DNA of 64,000 bases from Vitrella brassicaformis CCMP3155 (GCA_001179505.1 CDMY01000352.1:1-64000); one strand, 5' to 3'. Shown: positions 1 through 12,699, counted from the first letter of the stretch. A program made the numbers and translations. Notes: a model not told the origin generated them from the letters alone.

Positions 1-272
1 GCTCATGGAAAGAGGTGTCGAATGAGAACGAATGACAGGTCGACAGGACCGGGAGGGCGAGGCGGAGCCGATGGCAAGCTCCCCCCCGCCCTCGAGGGCA
101 AGGAGGGGTGCTGTTGGCCGATCTCAGTGCGAGCTTAGAAAGTGCTCTCTTGTCGGCGTGGGGGTTTGGGGTTTGAACCCTAAACCTACAAGACGAGCTG
201 CCACAGCTGCCACAAGATTGAAGTTTGGATCTGGGCGGTGGCTGGGGCGGTATGTGATTCTCTCTTGCCTGC

Positions 273-2120
273 TTGGTGAAGATGACTACCAACGACAGAA
301 GCATTGGGAACGACGAGCGGACGATGGAACACGCAGCAGAGGTGTCTGCCAACCAGCAGCAGAGCAACAGCCACGTGGTGTGGGTGGAGGTAGACAACAG
401 TGCAGCGTCCACAGACAACAAAACAGAGCCGGAGGCGCAGAAGGTATCTCCTCCCGGCGGGGCGGGTGAAGGCATGAAGACCTCTTCGCCGCAGCGTTCC
501 CCGAGAGATCCGTACTGGGACAACGCCAAGATCTATCTCGTCATCAATGTCTGCGTTGGCCATTTCCTCGAGGTCAGAACGATAAACAGCAAACACACGG
601 GGTGGTGGCTTGCGTCACAATGCGTCACTCTGTCCGCGGTTGGGTGGCTTGTGTTCTGTCTGTGTTGTGTGGCAGATCTACATGCCGCACGGGAAGTTTC
701 CCAACGTCGTGGTGCGCATCCTGTATGTCTACGCGGCGGGCTACATCATGCCTTCCTTCTGTATGATTGTAAGGAGGAAGGAAGACAGAGATCAGAAAGA
801 CAGAATGGGGATGCAGACAGACTGTGGTCGTGTTTATGTATGCGTCTGCATATCTCAGTCGGGCTACTTCAGCAATCGCACGCCCAAAGACGAGTACACC
901 ACGTTCAAGCAGTCCAACAGCCTCCTGTAAGGATGGAAGCGAAAAGAAAGACAGTCGGCCGCATTGGTACATGCATCTGTCTGGCTTGGCCATGTCTGTC
1001 TGTCAGTCGGGGGCTCTTCGTCCCGTATGTCATCTTTCAAGTGATCTACTCGCTCATGTATCACTTCCTCTACGAGAAGCCCGACCAAAAGCTGCCGGCA
1101 TTCGGTCCGCAAGTGCAGAGCAACTACGTGTGGCAGCCGTTCATCAGCCTGTGGTTCCTCATGTCGCTTATCACGTGGAGGTTGGTCGGCCCCCATTACA
1201 TGAGGGTCGTCAAGTACCCTCTCATCACCTCTATCGTCATCGGGCTGCTGGCAGGCTACTCCAAGTAGGCGAGACTAGCCAGAGAAGCGCGGAAAGCAGC
1301 TGCAAACAACACTTGCTCGTTGTCTGTGTGCTGGTCTTCAGTGCGACCCGGTTTCTGTCGCTGCAGCGGTCACTTGCGTACTTTCCCTTTTTCGTATTCG
1401 GCTGGCTGATGAAGGACAGCGAGCCCCTCTTCACGCACGTCAGACGGAAGTGCTACACCGAAAGTGGCATCTTGCCCTCTAAGCATGGCTTCATGGCCAT
1501 CGGCTTCTGCGCGCTGATGCTCGTGCCGATGGTGTTTTACGGCCTCTACGCGCCTGGCTACTGGGACTGCCCGATATGGTGAGTGGATGGGCTTTGGGGG
1601 AGGCCGTGTGCAGATGTTTGGTGGGCCACGCTGATCAGTGTATCCTGCCCATTGATTCAGGTTTGGGGATCCATATTGGAGTGAGATTGGTGAGTGCAAC
1701 TTCCCCCAGTGGTATGCGTTCGTGGTGCGGCTGTTCTGGTACGCCTTCGACTTTCCCCTGTCCATTGCCGTCCTGCTCGCCCTGCCGCCGTTCCGCATCC
1801 CACACGTGAGCGACAAGTGGGGCCCGAGGACCATGCTGCCCTACATCGCCCACCCCCTGTTCATCATCGCCTTCCAGCAGGCCGGCTACTACCAGATCGA
1901 GGGCCTCTCTGTGTCGGCCATGGTGGCCATATCGTTCTTCTTGGGTGTGGCAGTGGCCATCCTGCTGATGACCGACTACCCCTTCGCATTTTGGCTGCGA
2001 TATGTGGTGGACCCGCCGTTTCTGTCGTGGTTTCTCTTGAAGAGAGACGAGAACGACACACACGCGGCGAGGCGGAAGGCACGGCGGACGGGGCGGCCAG
2101 CAGAGAGTGACGGGGCGTGA
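273..2120 (+). CDS. Multi-exon acyltransferase family 3 (YkrP/fucose 4-O-acetylase-like) membrane O-acyltransferase
   Basis: Joined exons give RDPYWDNAKIYLVINVCVGHFLE, YVYAAGYIMPSFCMI, GYFS, LFVPYVIFQVIY, LWFLMSLITWR, RSLAYFPFFVFGW and GPRTMLPYIAHP, the motif order of acyltransferase-3 proteins, with many TM helices. About 5 GT-AG introns. Confidence 0.8.
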
Positions 2121-3758
2121 TGGACATTCAGAGACAGAAAGGGCAGACAGGCACGTGTCTTTGGCAGCTTGATTTGTCGCGCGACAGTTTTTGTTGTGTG
2201 TTTCTTTATGTTGAGGGAGAGACGTAGTTAATCAATCCATTTCGTATTTGTGTGAAGTGTACATAAAGACACCACGGGCAGGCAGGGCGTTTGTTGTTGG
2301 CGTGTGGGTGTTTGGAGCGACTGCTGTCCATCAGCAGAAGTGTTTACTGGCTGGGTGGTACACACATTATGCATTCACAGGCAGACGGGCACCCCAGCAG
2401 TGAGTCGGCCGGTCAGTCACCGCCCGACAGTCAACAAAGACCCGCGGGGGGGAGGGAGGTACACCACACACACATATACACATACACACACACACACACA
2501 CACTGGAGTGGAGGGAGGGAGGTACGCATCAGGCTGCACCCATGCCCTTCTCCCTCGCTCATACGTCATGCTGCCCGGGGACTTGCCTGTCTGTCTGTCT
2601 GTCTGTCTCTGCATATCTATATCTTTCTCTGCGTCTCTTTCTCTCTCTCTGCCTCTCCTTCTTCCTTCCTAGTTCCTAGTTACTGCTGTTTGTGTAGCTC
2701 TCACATGTGAATAATACCTACCGCACAAACTGACTTGCACTGCCCGTCGTGTGTGCTGTCATGGTCATGTGGATTGTGTGGCGACTTACCGCACTCTGTC
2801 TGTCTGTCTGTCTGTCGGTCTGTCTGTCTTTCTGTCGCGATGACCCTGGTGTAGTCTGCCCGTCTCTCTGGGTGTTGGATTGTTGCAGCCACTGTGCCTT
2901 TGCCCGTGAGTAATGCAGCAGAGCAACGCCACCAAGCGAATGTGTGGACCGGGTGGGTGGGTGGGCCATGACTGTGGAGGGACTTGGGCATGCTGTTGCG
3001 TGTGTGAAGGACCGTGAGTGTCGAATGAATCCATCCATCCATCAGGATGAGAGTGCCTCGGCACCGCCTCACAGACACAGACAGCCTGACACATAGACAC
3101 ACACCTGGATGGATGCAGAAGTTGAGCGGTATATTTATTGGCAACTTCAGCATTACCCGTCCTCTTAACGTGAGTCTCTGACAATCGTCACAAGCAGTCA
3201 CAAGCCATGCATCCCGCGCATGCAGCATCACATCACCACACCACAGAGAAACCAGCCAGCCAGCCAGTCCCGACGGTGTTCATGCGTGTGTGTGTGTATG
3301 TAGGCCACCCACACCGAGCTGTATCCCTCCAGTCATTGCACACACACACCTTTGCATATTTCCCTCGAGCTGGCAAAATGAAGGCGTCTGTCTGTCTGTC
3401 TGTATACACCAGCACGAGGATGAATGAATGCATCATGCATGCATGCATTCATGCAGCACACGCTCAGCTATCGAATTCCACGCTCACTCAACTACGAATC
3501 CCAGATTGGTGTGCTTAGCACAGCAAGAGGGGCAAGAGGGGCTAGAGAGAGGGGTGGGAACACTGACACGTCCATACCTAGTAGAATCCAGCCATCCATC
3601 CATCCATCCAACACCCACCCACCCGACGATTGGTGTTGTCTTGGGGCGGGTGTGTTGTGTCTTTCGAAAAGAAGAAGCGCCCAAAAGAAAGGGGGAAACA
3701 CACGAACGAAAACCATCACAAAACAAAGATGAGCAAACAAACCAGCCAGACGACAGCC

Positions 3759-3857
3759 AAACTAAAGGCGAGCGTCCAGAGGACACAACACCGATAAAGG
3801 CGAGCCTCCCCGGAGGGAAGTCAACACCGATAAAGGCTAGCACTCCCGAGGGAATGA
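3759..3857. repeat. Degenerate ~36-bp tandem repeat (2 full units plus 1 partial)
   Basis: AACACCGATAAAGGC(G/T)AGC..CCC.GAGGGAA starts at 3787 and 3823; a partial TAAAGGCGAGC unit lies upstream. Confidence 0.7.
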
Positions 3858-4943
3858 CTTACTTGCCAAGAAGAAAGATAGGATAAATAAAGGAGAACCA
3901 AAGGCAACGGGTCGGGCTGCTAAAAGAAAGACAGGCAACCATGAAAGGAAATGGAAAAAGGCCGGGAGGCAGCCGCTGCGGCCGCTGCCTGTTGTGTGCC
4001 TTGCACGTGGAAACGTCGTAATGGTTGATGCAATGCATCATTCACGCAAAGGAGGTACGTGTCAGTCAGTTATGCGCACAGCAACGCCAGGGAATGAAAG
4101 TGTCCTGACTTGACTGTTGAGACAGTGTCATACCACAGAAGAGGCCCGCCCTTTCCTCATCCAGCCTCCCGAATGTCAGCCACACACAGGGCAAACCCAT
4201 GGACTTACAACACACACACACACACACACACATCTCACACACCGATGAACACACGTATCGGGATCTGGCTCATTGTGAGATGCTCTCTGTGTATGCGGTG
4301 GCACAAGCTGCAAATGGGTCATGGGCAGAAACGGGCAGATGATGGGCGGGCGAGTGGGCGTGGCCACCATGCGGGCCGGGCCGCCAACCCAAATGGCGGA
4401 TGACAACAAGGAAGACTGCGGACAAAAGATGCGGAGTGGGTACACACGATATCAGTTGTGCGACGGCACAAGACAAGCTGCCGACAGAACAGCGGCTGAT
4501 GGGATGGACAGTGGTGGTGTCGCCGGAGGCTGGAAAAATGCGGCCGACGACAACAACCGGCGGAGAGAGCAGTGCTTCTGCCGCAGCAGGGAAGCTTCGT
4601 GTCGCGGCAGCAAGCGGCAGTAGGAGAAAGGTCTCTAAATCAGGAACACAAAGAACTGTGCTTCCGGCGGATGCGATGCGTGTGTGGGTGTGTGCGACGA
4701 GCCGCCAACGAAAACCGCGGGATCAGGAAGTAAGTCGAATGAACCGTATCTATCGTGGACCAAAAATATCAGTAAGACGCAGTCAGTCAGTGAATCAGTC
4801 AGTCAGTAGTAAGTCGACATGGATGGATTTGATCCACACGACAAGTAAGTCCATCAATCCACGTTCCACCATCCTCTAATATGCATCCCTCTCACCGCCA
4901 CCACTCGGTCCGTCCCAAACGCACGACCGTGCTTTTCGGCGAG

Positions 4944-6899
4944 TCACTCGACCAGCTGTGCGAGTCCGTTGCACTCCTTGACGGCCTTGGTGATGGCGTC
5001 GTCGAGCTTGCGCTGGGTGGGGGCCGACGGGGTAGATGCGCTTGGAGTGGTGGGTGCGGCCCCACCGGTCGGTGACGTACACCTTGAACGCACGGAGACG
5101 GCGGGAATAGCGGATGCCAAGACCTGCACATACAACAATGAAGGCACACGAGAGAGAAGGTGCCGATGGGTATATCTCTCTCTGCTTGTCTGCTAGACGG
5201 TGTGCAGTGCAGGACATACCTGAGTGAATGGTGAGCCAGGTGACGTCTGAGTGTCGGCACTCGTCGATGCGGCAGGCCGCCTCGAGGAAGAGGGCATTGT
5301 CGTCGAGGCGTTTGTCGCGGTCGTCGGGCACGAAGAACCTCTGCAACTCCTCGTCAAGACGCCGTGCGTCGAAGTCGGGGCTCCATGGGGGGATGGGAAG
5401 ATGCGTGGGACGACGGTGTTGTCGGCAACCAGAGGGTGGGCATGTGTGTGCGGGTGGGCGAGACGATCGTCGATTCGACTGAATCGACTACGCCTCCCTC
5501 CCACACCACAGACATCGCCTGAGCCATTCGTGATGGACGGGATACGGCCGAAGCAGCCTTCCCCCGCCAATCGTGAGTTGGCTCGGACGACTGACATGGC
5601 CCACCTGCCAAGGCACACACGCGAGACACACACGTGAGCCCACCGGTGGGCATTGCCTCGTGCCTCCAGTGCTCCCTCACGTACCTTCTGAAAAGTTGCC
5701 CGTATCAGCCCGTCGCGGCCCAAGTGGTTGGATGAGCATGGCCGCCCCGTGGAGCACCGCGGATTGGCAGCCGTCTCTTTCAGTGGCCTGTTGCTGCCGG
5801 CCTTGGAGAAGAACCAGTGGTCGGCCTTCTCACAGTACGACCACCTGCAGCACCCACACAACACACACCACGAGACGAGAGCCAGTATTCACCCATGTGC
5901 GTGTCGCCTGTGCAGTGCATATCCCATCCGGACTGTCTCTGCTGCCCACCTGAGCTGCTCTTTCTCCTTGATGGTTTTGACGGGCGTGATGGCATGGCAC
6001 AGCAGTAGTCCCCCTGCACGCCACTCGCCACCTCGTCCAGCAAATACAGGTGTCTGGGCACCGACACCCTCGCAGTTGGCCCTGGGCACCCACTCGGGCG
6101 CACTGGCGTCGATGGTGCCCTGGTTGATGGACACTGCAGGCAGCCAGATGCGAGCCATAAGATGCTGTCGCCAAACAGCACCGGGTCGGCCCCCGCCCTC
6201 GCCCCGGCGGCTTTGTCCTTCCTGTCCTGCCCGAATGTGGGCTTGTGTGACGGCTTGCTGGAGCCGTCGCGCTGTCCGGGCCAGTTCCACACGAGGCTGA
6301 GGTGTCCCAGCCAGTCGAGGTTGGCGATCTCGGCGCTGCATGGGATGGACATCCTGAAGCACTTGTCCCGCTCGGCCTTGAGGTCCGACTCGAGCTGGAT
6401 CTTGCCCCCATAGGGCAGCAGGAGGCCCTGGAGCATCCTGCTGCGGATGTCCTCGGTGTAGTGGGCCGAGCTGCTGTTGGGGCCGGGTGCTCGGCTCCAG
6501 CTGCCAGATGTAGCCGTGCATGCGCTGGTAGTTCGAGTTGAAGATCTGCTCGTCGGTCTCGAGATGCACGGCGCGGTAGGACGGTAGCAGGCAGCGGTCC
6601 AGCAGCAAGGAAAGGGACAGGTAGGCCTCGGCCTGGGTGCGCAGAAAAATGGTCGACTTGAACAAGTCATGGTCCTCATCCAAACCTATGTATGCAGGAG
6701 GGAGCCACACACCGAAGGGAAAGGTGGATGTGATGTGTGAGCTGAGGTCTCTCTCCCTGTATGTGTGTGTGTGTGTGTCGTTGGTTTGCTTACCGACGGG
6801 TATCATTTCATTGTCGACCTCTACGTTGATCTCGTTCTCCCCTCCCGCCTCTTCCTCAGCTGGAACCGGTGCGGGTGACGCCGATATGGAATCAGCCAA
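4944..6899 (-). pseudogene. Frameshifted multi-exon gene of unknown family, copy A
   Basis: GC3-rich segments (FKSTIFLRTQAEAYLSL; HYTEDIRSRMLQGLLLPYGGKIQLESDLK; RIWLPAVSINQGTIDAS; RFFVPDDRDKRLDDNALFLEAACRIDEC; KLDDAITKAVKECNGLAQLVE*) lie in different frames within one apparent exon. A deletion relative to copy B lies at ~6480. No domain recognised. Confidence 0.6.
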
Positions 6900-7782
6900 G
6901 TATGCAGCTAGCTAAGCAGGCCGGGCACCGCTCTCCTTTTACCCACACACGCGGCCCCGGCACTAAAACTTATCTGCCGCCACACACGCTGCCCTCCCGC
7001 CCCGCCCCACCCCGAGACACACACACCCCACCCCACCCCACCCCACAAGCACAATACAACACGGTGCGAACAAGAAGCATGGCACCATCACGACACAAAT
7101 GGGAGAATTCACGGCAATAAATCACAGTAAACGCACCCATTCTTGCAGCCATACCGCTATGTATCGTGGGACAAATATACGCAAAGCAACGGTATAATGC
7201 AGCCACACTAAGGGTAAATCGCAGGACAAACACACACGCATAAATGAATGACATCGACCGACAGAGAAAGAGGCGCAACCACACACACACACACCAAGAA
7301 AGAAGCGCACGCACGACAATGAGGGTCCGTGCGACAGCTGCTATCTCTGGGCACGCACGCTGCTCTGGTCGGAGTGGACACCACACCATCAAATGGTGTG
7401 TGTGGTGTGTGTGGTGTGTGTGTTTACTCTACAGAGAGAGACGTCGGAGTGCTGCGTGAGCTCTCCTCCCCCCTCTTCTCTCTCACGCTCTTTCGCCCGC
7501 TCTATCTCTCCGACGAGATTGTCTGTTTGTCTGTCTGTCTGTCCGGTGAGTATCAGTCCACGAATGCAGTGAGGGAGCAAGGCAGGCAGTATCGTCCGTC
7601 TATCTGTGTGTGCGGGGGGAGGGAGGCAGGCAGGTCGATACATACAGCCAGACAGCCAGTAGTAAGCCAGCCACTCACATACGTATGCATGTATCTCTAT
7701 CCCGCCACCCATCCATCCATCCATCCATCCATATCATGTCTGTCACCTTCCCACCACCCTCCCTCCCGGCACAATCCGCCAC

Positions 7783-9421
7783 TCACTGCGTCATGCGGAC
7801 ACTCCTGACCGTCTTGGGCTTCCAGGTGCTGATGGTGGCGTTGGCCGCACTCACATGCGGGGCCGCCGCGCTGCACCGCCGCACCGTCTTGACCGTGTTG
7901 TACCCCTCAGACACCAACGAATGGCCCTCGCCACGGACGAACGAAGTGGACGCCTTTGCGGCGCCATCCTGGGGCTCGTCGGCAGGAGCCTCGTTCTGGA
8001 CGGGTGTGATGGGCTGCTCGTCCTCCATGGGCTCGCGCGGGGCGGAGATCAGCCCGGGAGCAGCGGCAAACGGCTCCGCAGCAGCACCAGAGGCGTCACA
8101 CAACTCGACGTCGACGGCCTGCAGACAGAAACCAGCAAGGGAGACACAGGCAGTGCAGTGCAATCCATTCACTTTTGCTGGGTGAAGTATGCAACACAGC
8201 TGTGTGTGGGTCGGCCTCACTCATCCCCCCACCTGTGCAGAGCCGTCGCTGGCCTCGTCAGCAATGCCCTCCACCTCACCCACCATAGCCGCACCGTCGT
8301 CAACGGCATCATTGCCGTCGATGGCCATTGGCGTCGACTCACACACACCGCTGTCGTGCTGGGAGGGGGCGGGGAGGGGGGAGGGAGCACCAGCAGACAC
8401 GTGGAGCGCCGCAGCATCCGGCTGGTCGGCATGAGCCGCCACGATGGCACACGAACGGCCCTCGTCAGCACAACGATACACCTAAAGACAGACACACAGA
8501 CCCAAGTACCAACAGAACACACACGTGCGCCCACCATATGCTAATCTCGTGTGTGGAGTCGGTCGGCTTCACTCGTTCCCTCACCTGTGCAGAGCCGTCG
8601 TCAACCTCGTCAACAATACCCTCTACAACATCTATGGTCCCCAAGCCATCGCCACCCTCCCCACCACACCCACCCTCGCCAGCAGCCCTGCTACCCTCCT
8701 GCACCACCCCTCGGCGGCTCGTGTCGTGCTGTGTCGTCAGGCGGGGGGCGGGGGAGGGGGACACACGCACTGCCGACGACTGACGGTGCGAGGCTGACTT
8801 GTCCGCACCCCCCGCTGCACGCCCCTTGTCGCCCACACGTGTGCCCTTCGTCACGTTGGCGCGGGTGGGCAGCTTGGCCGGCGGAGCCTTGCGGGCGACT
8901 GAACACAGTCGAGCACCGCCGCCGCCGAGCTTGGGGTTCTTCTGCAACATCTCCCGATACCTCCTCAGATCCTCCTCCTTAGCCCTCTGGTGTGCCCTGG
9001 CCTTGGCCGCCGCCCTCTCCCTCTGGCGCACAGCCGCTGCCGCCATATGCGGATTGACGTCAGGTCGACCACTGGGCGGCTTGCTGGCGATGCATGCACC
9101 GCTGCCGAGTCCTGCAGGCCGCTGAGGACGGCACTGGTGGCCACTGCCCTGATGCTGCGCCTTGCTGCTGTTGCCGGGGGGTCCATTGCGTGGGAAATAG
9201 ATGCCGCAGCCCATGTAGCTTGCGCGCCCCGAAAGTCCATAGTCCGCCGCGAGACCGTTCTTCTTCACCGCCGCCGGCGGCATAGTCGTCCGAATACGAC
9301 GCGAAACGACGAGAGAACTTATCAAACGCTGGTAACTGTTCTGTTGCTGCCTCCTCTTGCCTCGGCACTACTTTTTCTCCTCGTTTTCTCTCCAACACAG
9401 GTGCGAGCTTCATAGCTCGCA
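7783..9421 (-). pseudogene. Low-complexity Ala/Gly/Arg-rich hypothetical gene, copy A (probably degenerate)
   Basis: Exon-like segments (AAAVRQRERAAAKARAHQRAKEEDLRRYREMLQKNPK; GNDAVDDGAAMVGEVEGIADE; AVDVELCDASGAAAEP) are separated by GT-AG introns and conserved in copy B. The 5' frames differ between copies. Confidence 0.45.
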
Positions 9422-9588
9422 TTGATCGCGGGCAGCAGCCAACACACCTTGAGCAAGGTGAGGGCACGGTTCGCGCGAGGGGGTCAGTGCGATACACTCG
9501 TGGAAGATTGGTGAAAGATCCCGTCGTTTTGGCTGCGGTTGTGTCCCTCCCGGCCTGCAGAACTCAAACCCTCCGCGTCGCGAGCGAG

Positions 9589-10875
9589 ATGAGGACGCAG
9601 ACGAACGCGCAAGGGCGGCGGCTGAAGATCCTGTGCTTGCCAGGTCAATTTCAGAGAGGACAGACGAAACACCGATACATCTGCACCCAGCTGTGTGTGC
9701 TCTGTCTGTCTGTCTGTCTGGTGCCTGCAGGCTGGCGCACGAACTCGAGAATCTTGAGGGATCAATTGCTTCTCTCGGGGCTGACGCACCTGCTGGCAGT
9801 AAGCGCACATCAATCCCTCGACCGTACCGGCAGGGCACACACAGCACACGGATGGCTGTGCTGTGCTGTGCTGTGCGTCTTGCCTCGCAGGACATTGCTG
9901 AGCTGAAGTGCCTCGACCCGTGCCAACCTGCGCAAGGGCCGACAAACCCAATCGTCAAAGCGGTCAGTAAGTCGCCACATGGGACTATCATATCATCGCA
10001 TCATGCCACCTGTGTGTTCCTTCCTGCAGGCGTGGCCTGATGAGACTGACTTTTATCAGTGGTGGTACACGAATGAGAACACCATGGAGTACGATGCTGG
10101 CGAGGCGGCGGTCGACTAGTAAGAAAGCATGACTGACCAACTGACATGACACGCTGCCAATGATTGACTGGTCCATTCATTTCGCTACTGTCTGTCAGCA
10201 TTTCGAAGAAGATAAGGGAAGAGGGTCCTGTGGATGGTAGGCATCGCATGTGTGTCGGACACGTGCCCAGCCCAGCCAGCACATGGGGTGTGTCATTAGT
10301 CGTGTGTTTCGGTGTGTGTGCAGGTCTGCTGGGCTTCTCGCAGGGCGGGGCGCTTGCGTGCATGTGCGCAGCACTGCAACAAAAGGTCAGTCAGTTTGTC
10401 ACTCCGCCGCCACCTCCCACATCGGCCTCATGCAGGCAGACCTGTCTGTGGCGGATGTGTGTGTCAGGCAGACGACGAGAGGCTGAAGAATGCCCTCAAA
10501 TTCGTCATCACCATCGCGTCTTTCTCGCCCAGGTCGCCCTCGTGGAGCCACATTATCGAGAAGGAGCAGCCCCTGACGCTGCCGTCGCTGCACATAGCGG
10601 GCAAGAAGGACGAGCTGCACCCCGCCAGTGTACAGATGGCGCAGCACGTCTTCCAGGGCGGGGTGCTCATCGAACACGATGGCGGACACACCATTCCCAA
10701 ATTAGGTGAGTCATGGCTGGCTGGACGGATGAGGGATGGATGGGGGTAGGTGACTAACTGCAATGCATTCATTGTGCGCGTGTGTTTGTTTGTTTGTGTC
10801 TACGGTGCAGATGCCATGAAGGGTCAGCAGCTGCGTCACTTCCTGATGGCTCACATGGCAAATTCGCTGCTGTGA
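9589..10875 (+). CDS. Serine hydrolase FSH1/OVCA2 family (alpha/beta hydrolase)
   Basis: Exons give LKILCLPG|WRTNSRILRDQ, FYQWWY, GPVDG|LLGFSQGGALA (nucleophile), LPSLHIAGKKDEL (Asp) and EHDGGHTIP (His). Confidence 0.88.
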
Positions 10876-11378
10876 GATGTCAGTGGATGGGGCAGGGAGG
10901 ATGCTGGCGCGGGGCTGGTTGATCGATCCATGGGTTGGTGGAGTGGATGGGTGGGCGGTAGGGTTGGTCGAGTCGGCTTCTTGTGTGTCGATAGCTAGAT
11001 GGATAGATGTGCGATGCAGGGTGTCATGCCTGCTTAGCGCTCCTGTCCATGGCTGGCATGACTGACTCAGCGACGAATTTCTGTGTGTGTTTCTTCATTC
11101 AGTAACGAGTGGTCACGGACAAAGTACGACAGAGACACATACAGGCACACGCACTCCGAACACCCTCAAGGTCGGTATGATCGGCCGTATCCACTAGCAG
11201 GTCCGTGCAGCCATGTAGCCGCACCACTCCGTTTCAACACTGTACATTAAGTGCCATTCAGTGCGATGCATGCAGGAGGAAAAAGTCAGACAGGCGATGT
11301 GTGGACGAGAAAACCCTCCAATAAGCCGGTCAGCCGGTCTGTCTGTCTGTCTGTCTGTATGTCTGTCGGCGACGAGCC

Positions 11379-12699
11379 TCAGCTCTGCGTAGATGCGCCA
11401 ATCACACGCACCTCAGTCATCACGCCGCCACGTTTGTTGTAGAAGGGCAATTTGGCGAGGGACCGCCACTCTCTGACAAACAGAATGGCCATCACCAGGA
11501 CGCAGAGGGTAGGCATCGAGAGCGCAGCCGTGAGCCAAAGGGCCAGGCTGTCAGTCGTGTAGAGCAGCGCGAGCTTCACCGACGTGTTGAAGATGGTGTG
11601 TACCACCACTGGCAGCCACAGGAATGAGGCATAATCGGTGAGGGACGGACTCTTGGGTACGCGGTCGGGGCTGGAGAAGACGAACTTGGCGAGTCGGCAT
11701 GAGGCGTATCCTGTGGCTGCGATGTGGCCTGGGACGCACATGACTGCACGGTGAAGGCACAGGAGGAGGGCGGCCTGCAACCCCTTGGGCTTGAAGACAA
11801 TGTACTGGATGTTCTCGATGGAGGCAAAACTGAGGAACACTCGGCTAAAATGGATGCAGACGGGTGCGGTCGTGTGCTTTCTGGCGTGTTCTCACCCAGC
11901 CGCCGCAGACACGCCGACCAGTGCGAGCGAATACGGAGCATCCACCACTCTCGGAGCATCCACTACTGTCCACCACGACGCACACACACGGGGCACCGCA
12001 ACCTCGTCAAGCCGCACACGATACCTGGCGATGGCGAGCTTGCACTGAAACACACGCAGCACAGACACATCGACTACAGGTATGGTGCACGTATGCGTCC
12101 CTGTGCGCCTGTTCAGAGAGGGACTCTCTCTCACCACTTCCTCAGTGAGACCGACCAACAGCATGGACAGAAGACACCCCACCACATGGCTGCTGCTGTC
12201 CGAATCGTCACCCCTTGAAGCCGTGGAGCATGGATTCGCAAAGACGTCGAATGTTGTTGTTCAAGCACTCCGCCACCAGTCCGATCTCCACGAAACCGGC
12301 AAAGAATATCTCCAGCAGGAGGGCAAGGGACATCTCGTGAGTGTGGCCCATGTAGAAGAAGGAGAGGATGCCGGCCGCCGGGATGATGCTCAGGGGGAAG
12401 AGGAGCACGGCCCTCCAGCCCTTGAAGACCATTAAGTACACCAGAAACGCGACAAACACCAGCGCGGCGGACCTGGCGGACCTATCGCCGAGCAGCTGGC
12501 GAGAGTGGTCTGCAGCACACGGGTGAGATGGGAACAAACCAATCACGGGTGTATGGATTGCATTCAGTGGTCCTTTGGCTCCGCTGACTTCGGCTTTGTG
12601 TGGTGGAGGGCGACGTGAGTGCGGCATCTTCCTCTTCTTCCTCAGGCACTGAGGGCGAGATGAAGGGTGTGACCTCACTCTCACACGCGGCCGCTCCAT
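11379..12699 (-). CDS. PrsW-family intramembrane glutamic/metallo-protease
   Basis: The spliced product has all four PrsW motifs in order: GLTEEV|CK (EExxK), FASIENIQY (FxxxEN), RAVMCVPGH and VHTIFN (HxxxN), in a multi-TM protein. Confidence 0.82.

Larger units (their letters stand above)
3990..9455. repeat. Segmental duplication, copy A (~5.5 kb direct repeat of ~15818-21481)
   Basis: Colinear matches from TGTGCCTTGC(A/G)CGTGGAAA (3995/15821) through to CACACCTTGAGCA (~9455/~21481), covering both exons and introns. Confidence 0.95.

Noticed and set aside
3759-3857. 36-bp repeats as CRISPR or iterons
   Set aside because: The units are degenerate, adjacent and spacerless; this is an ordinary minisatellite.
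6330-6440. LLLPYGGKIQLESDLK as a tyrosine-recombinase box I (Crypton/DIRS)
   Set aside because: The catalytic Arg is absent and no HxxR...Y motif was found in register.
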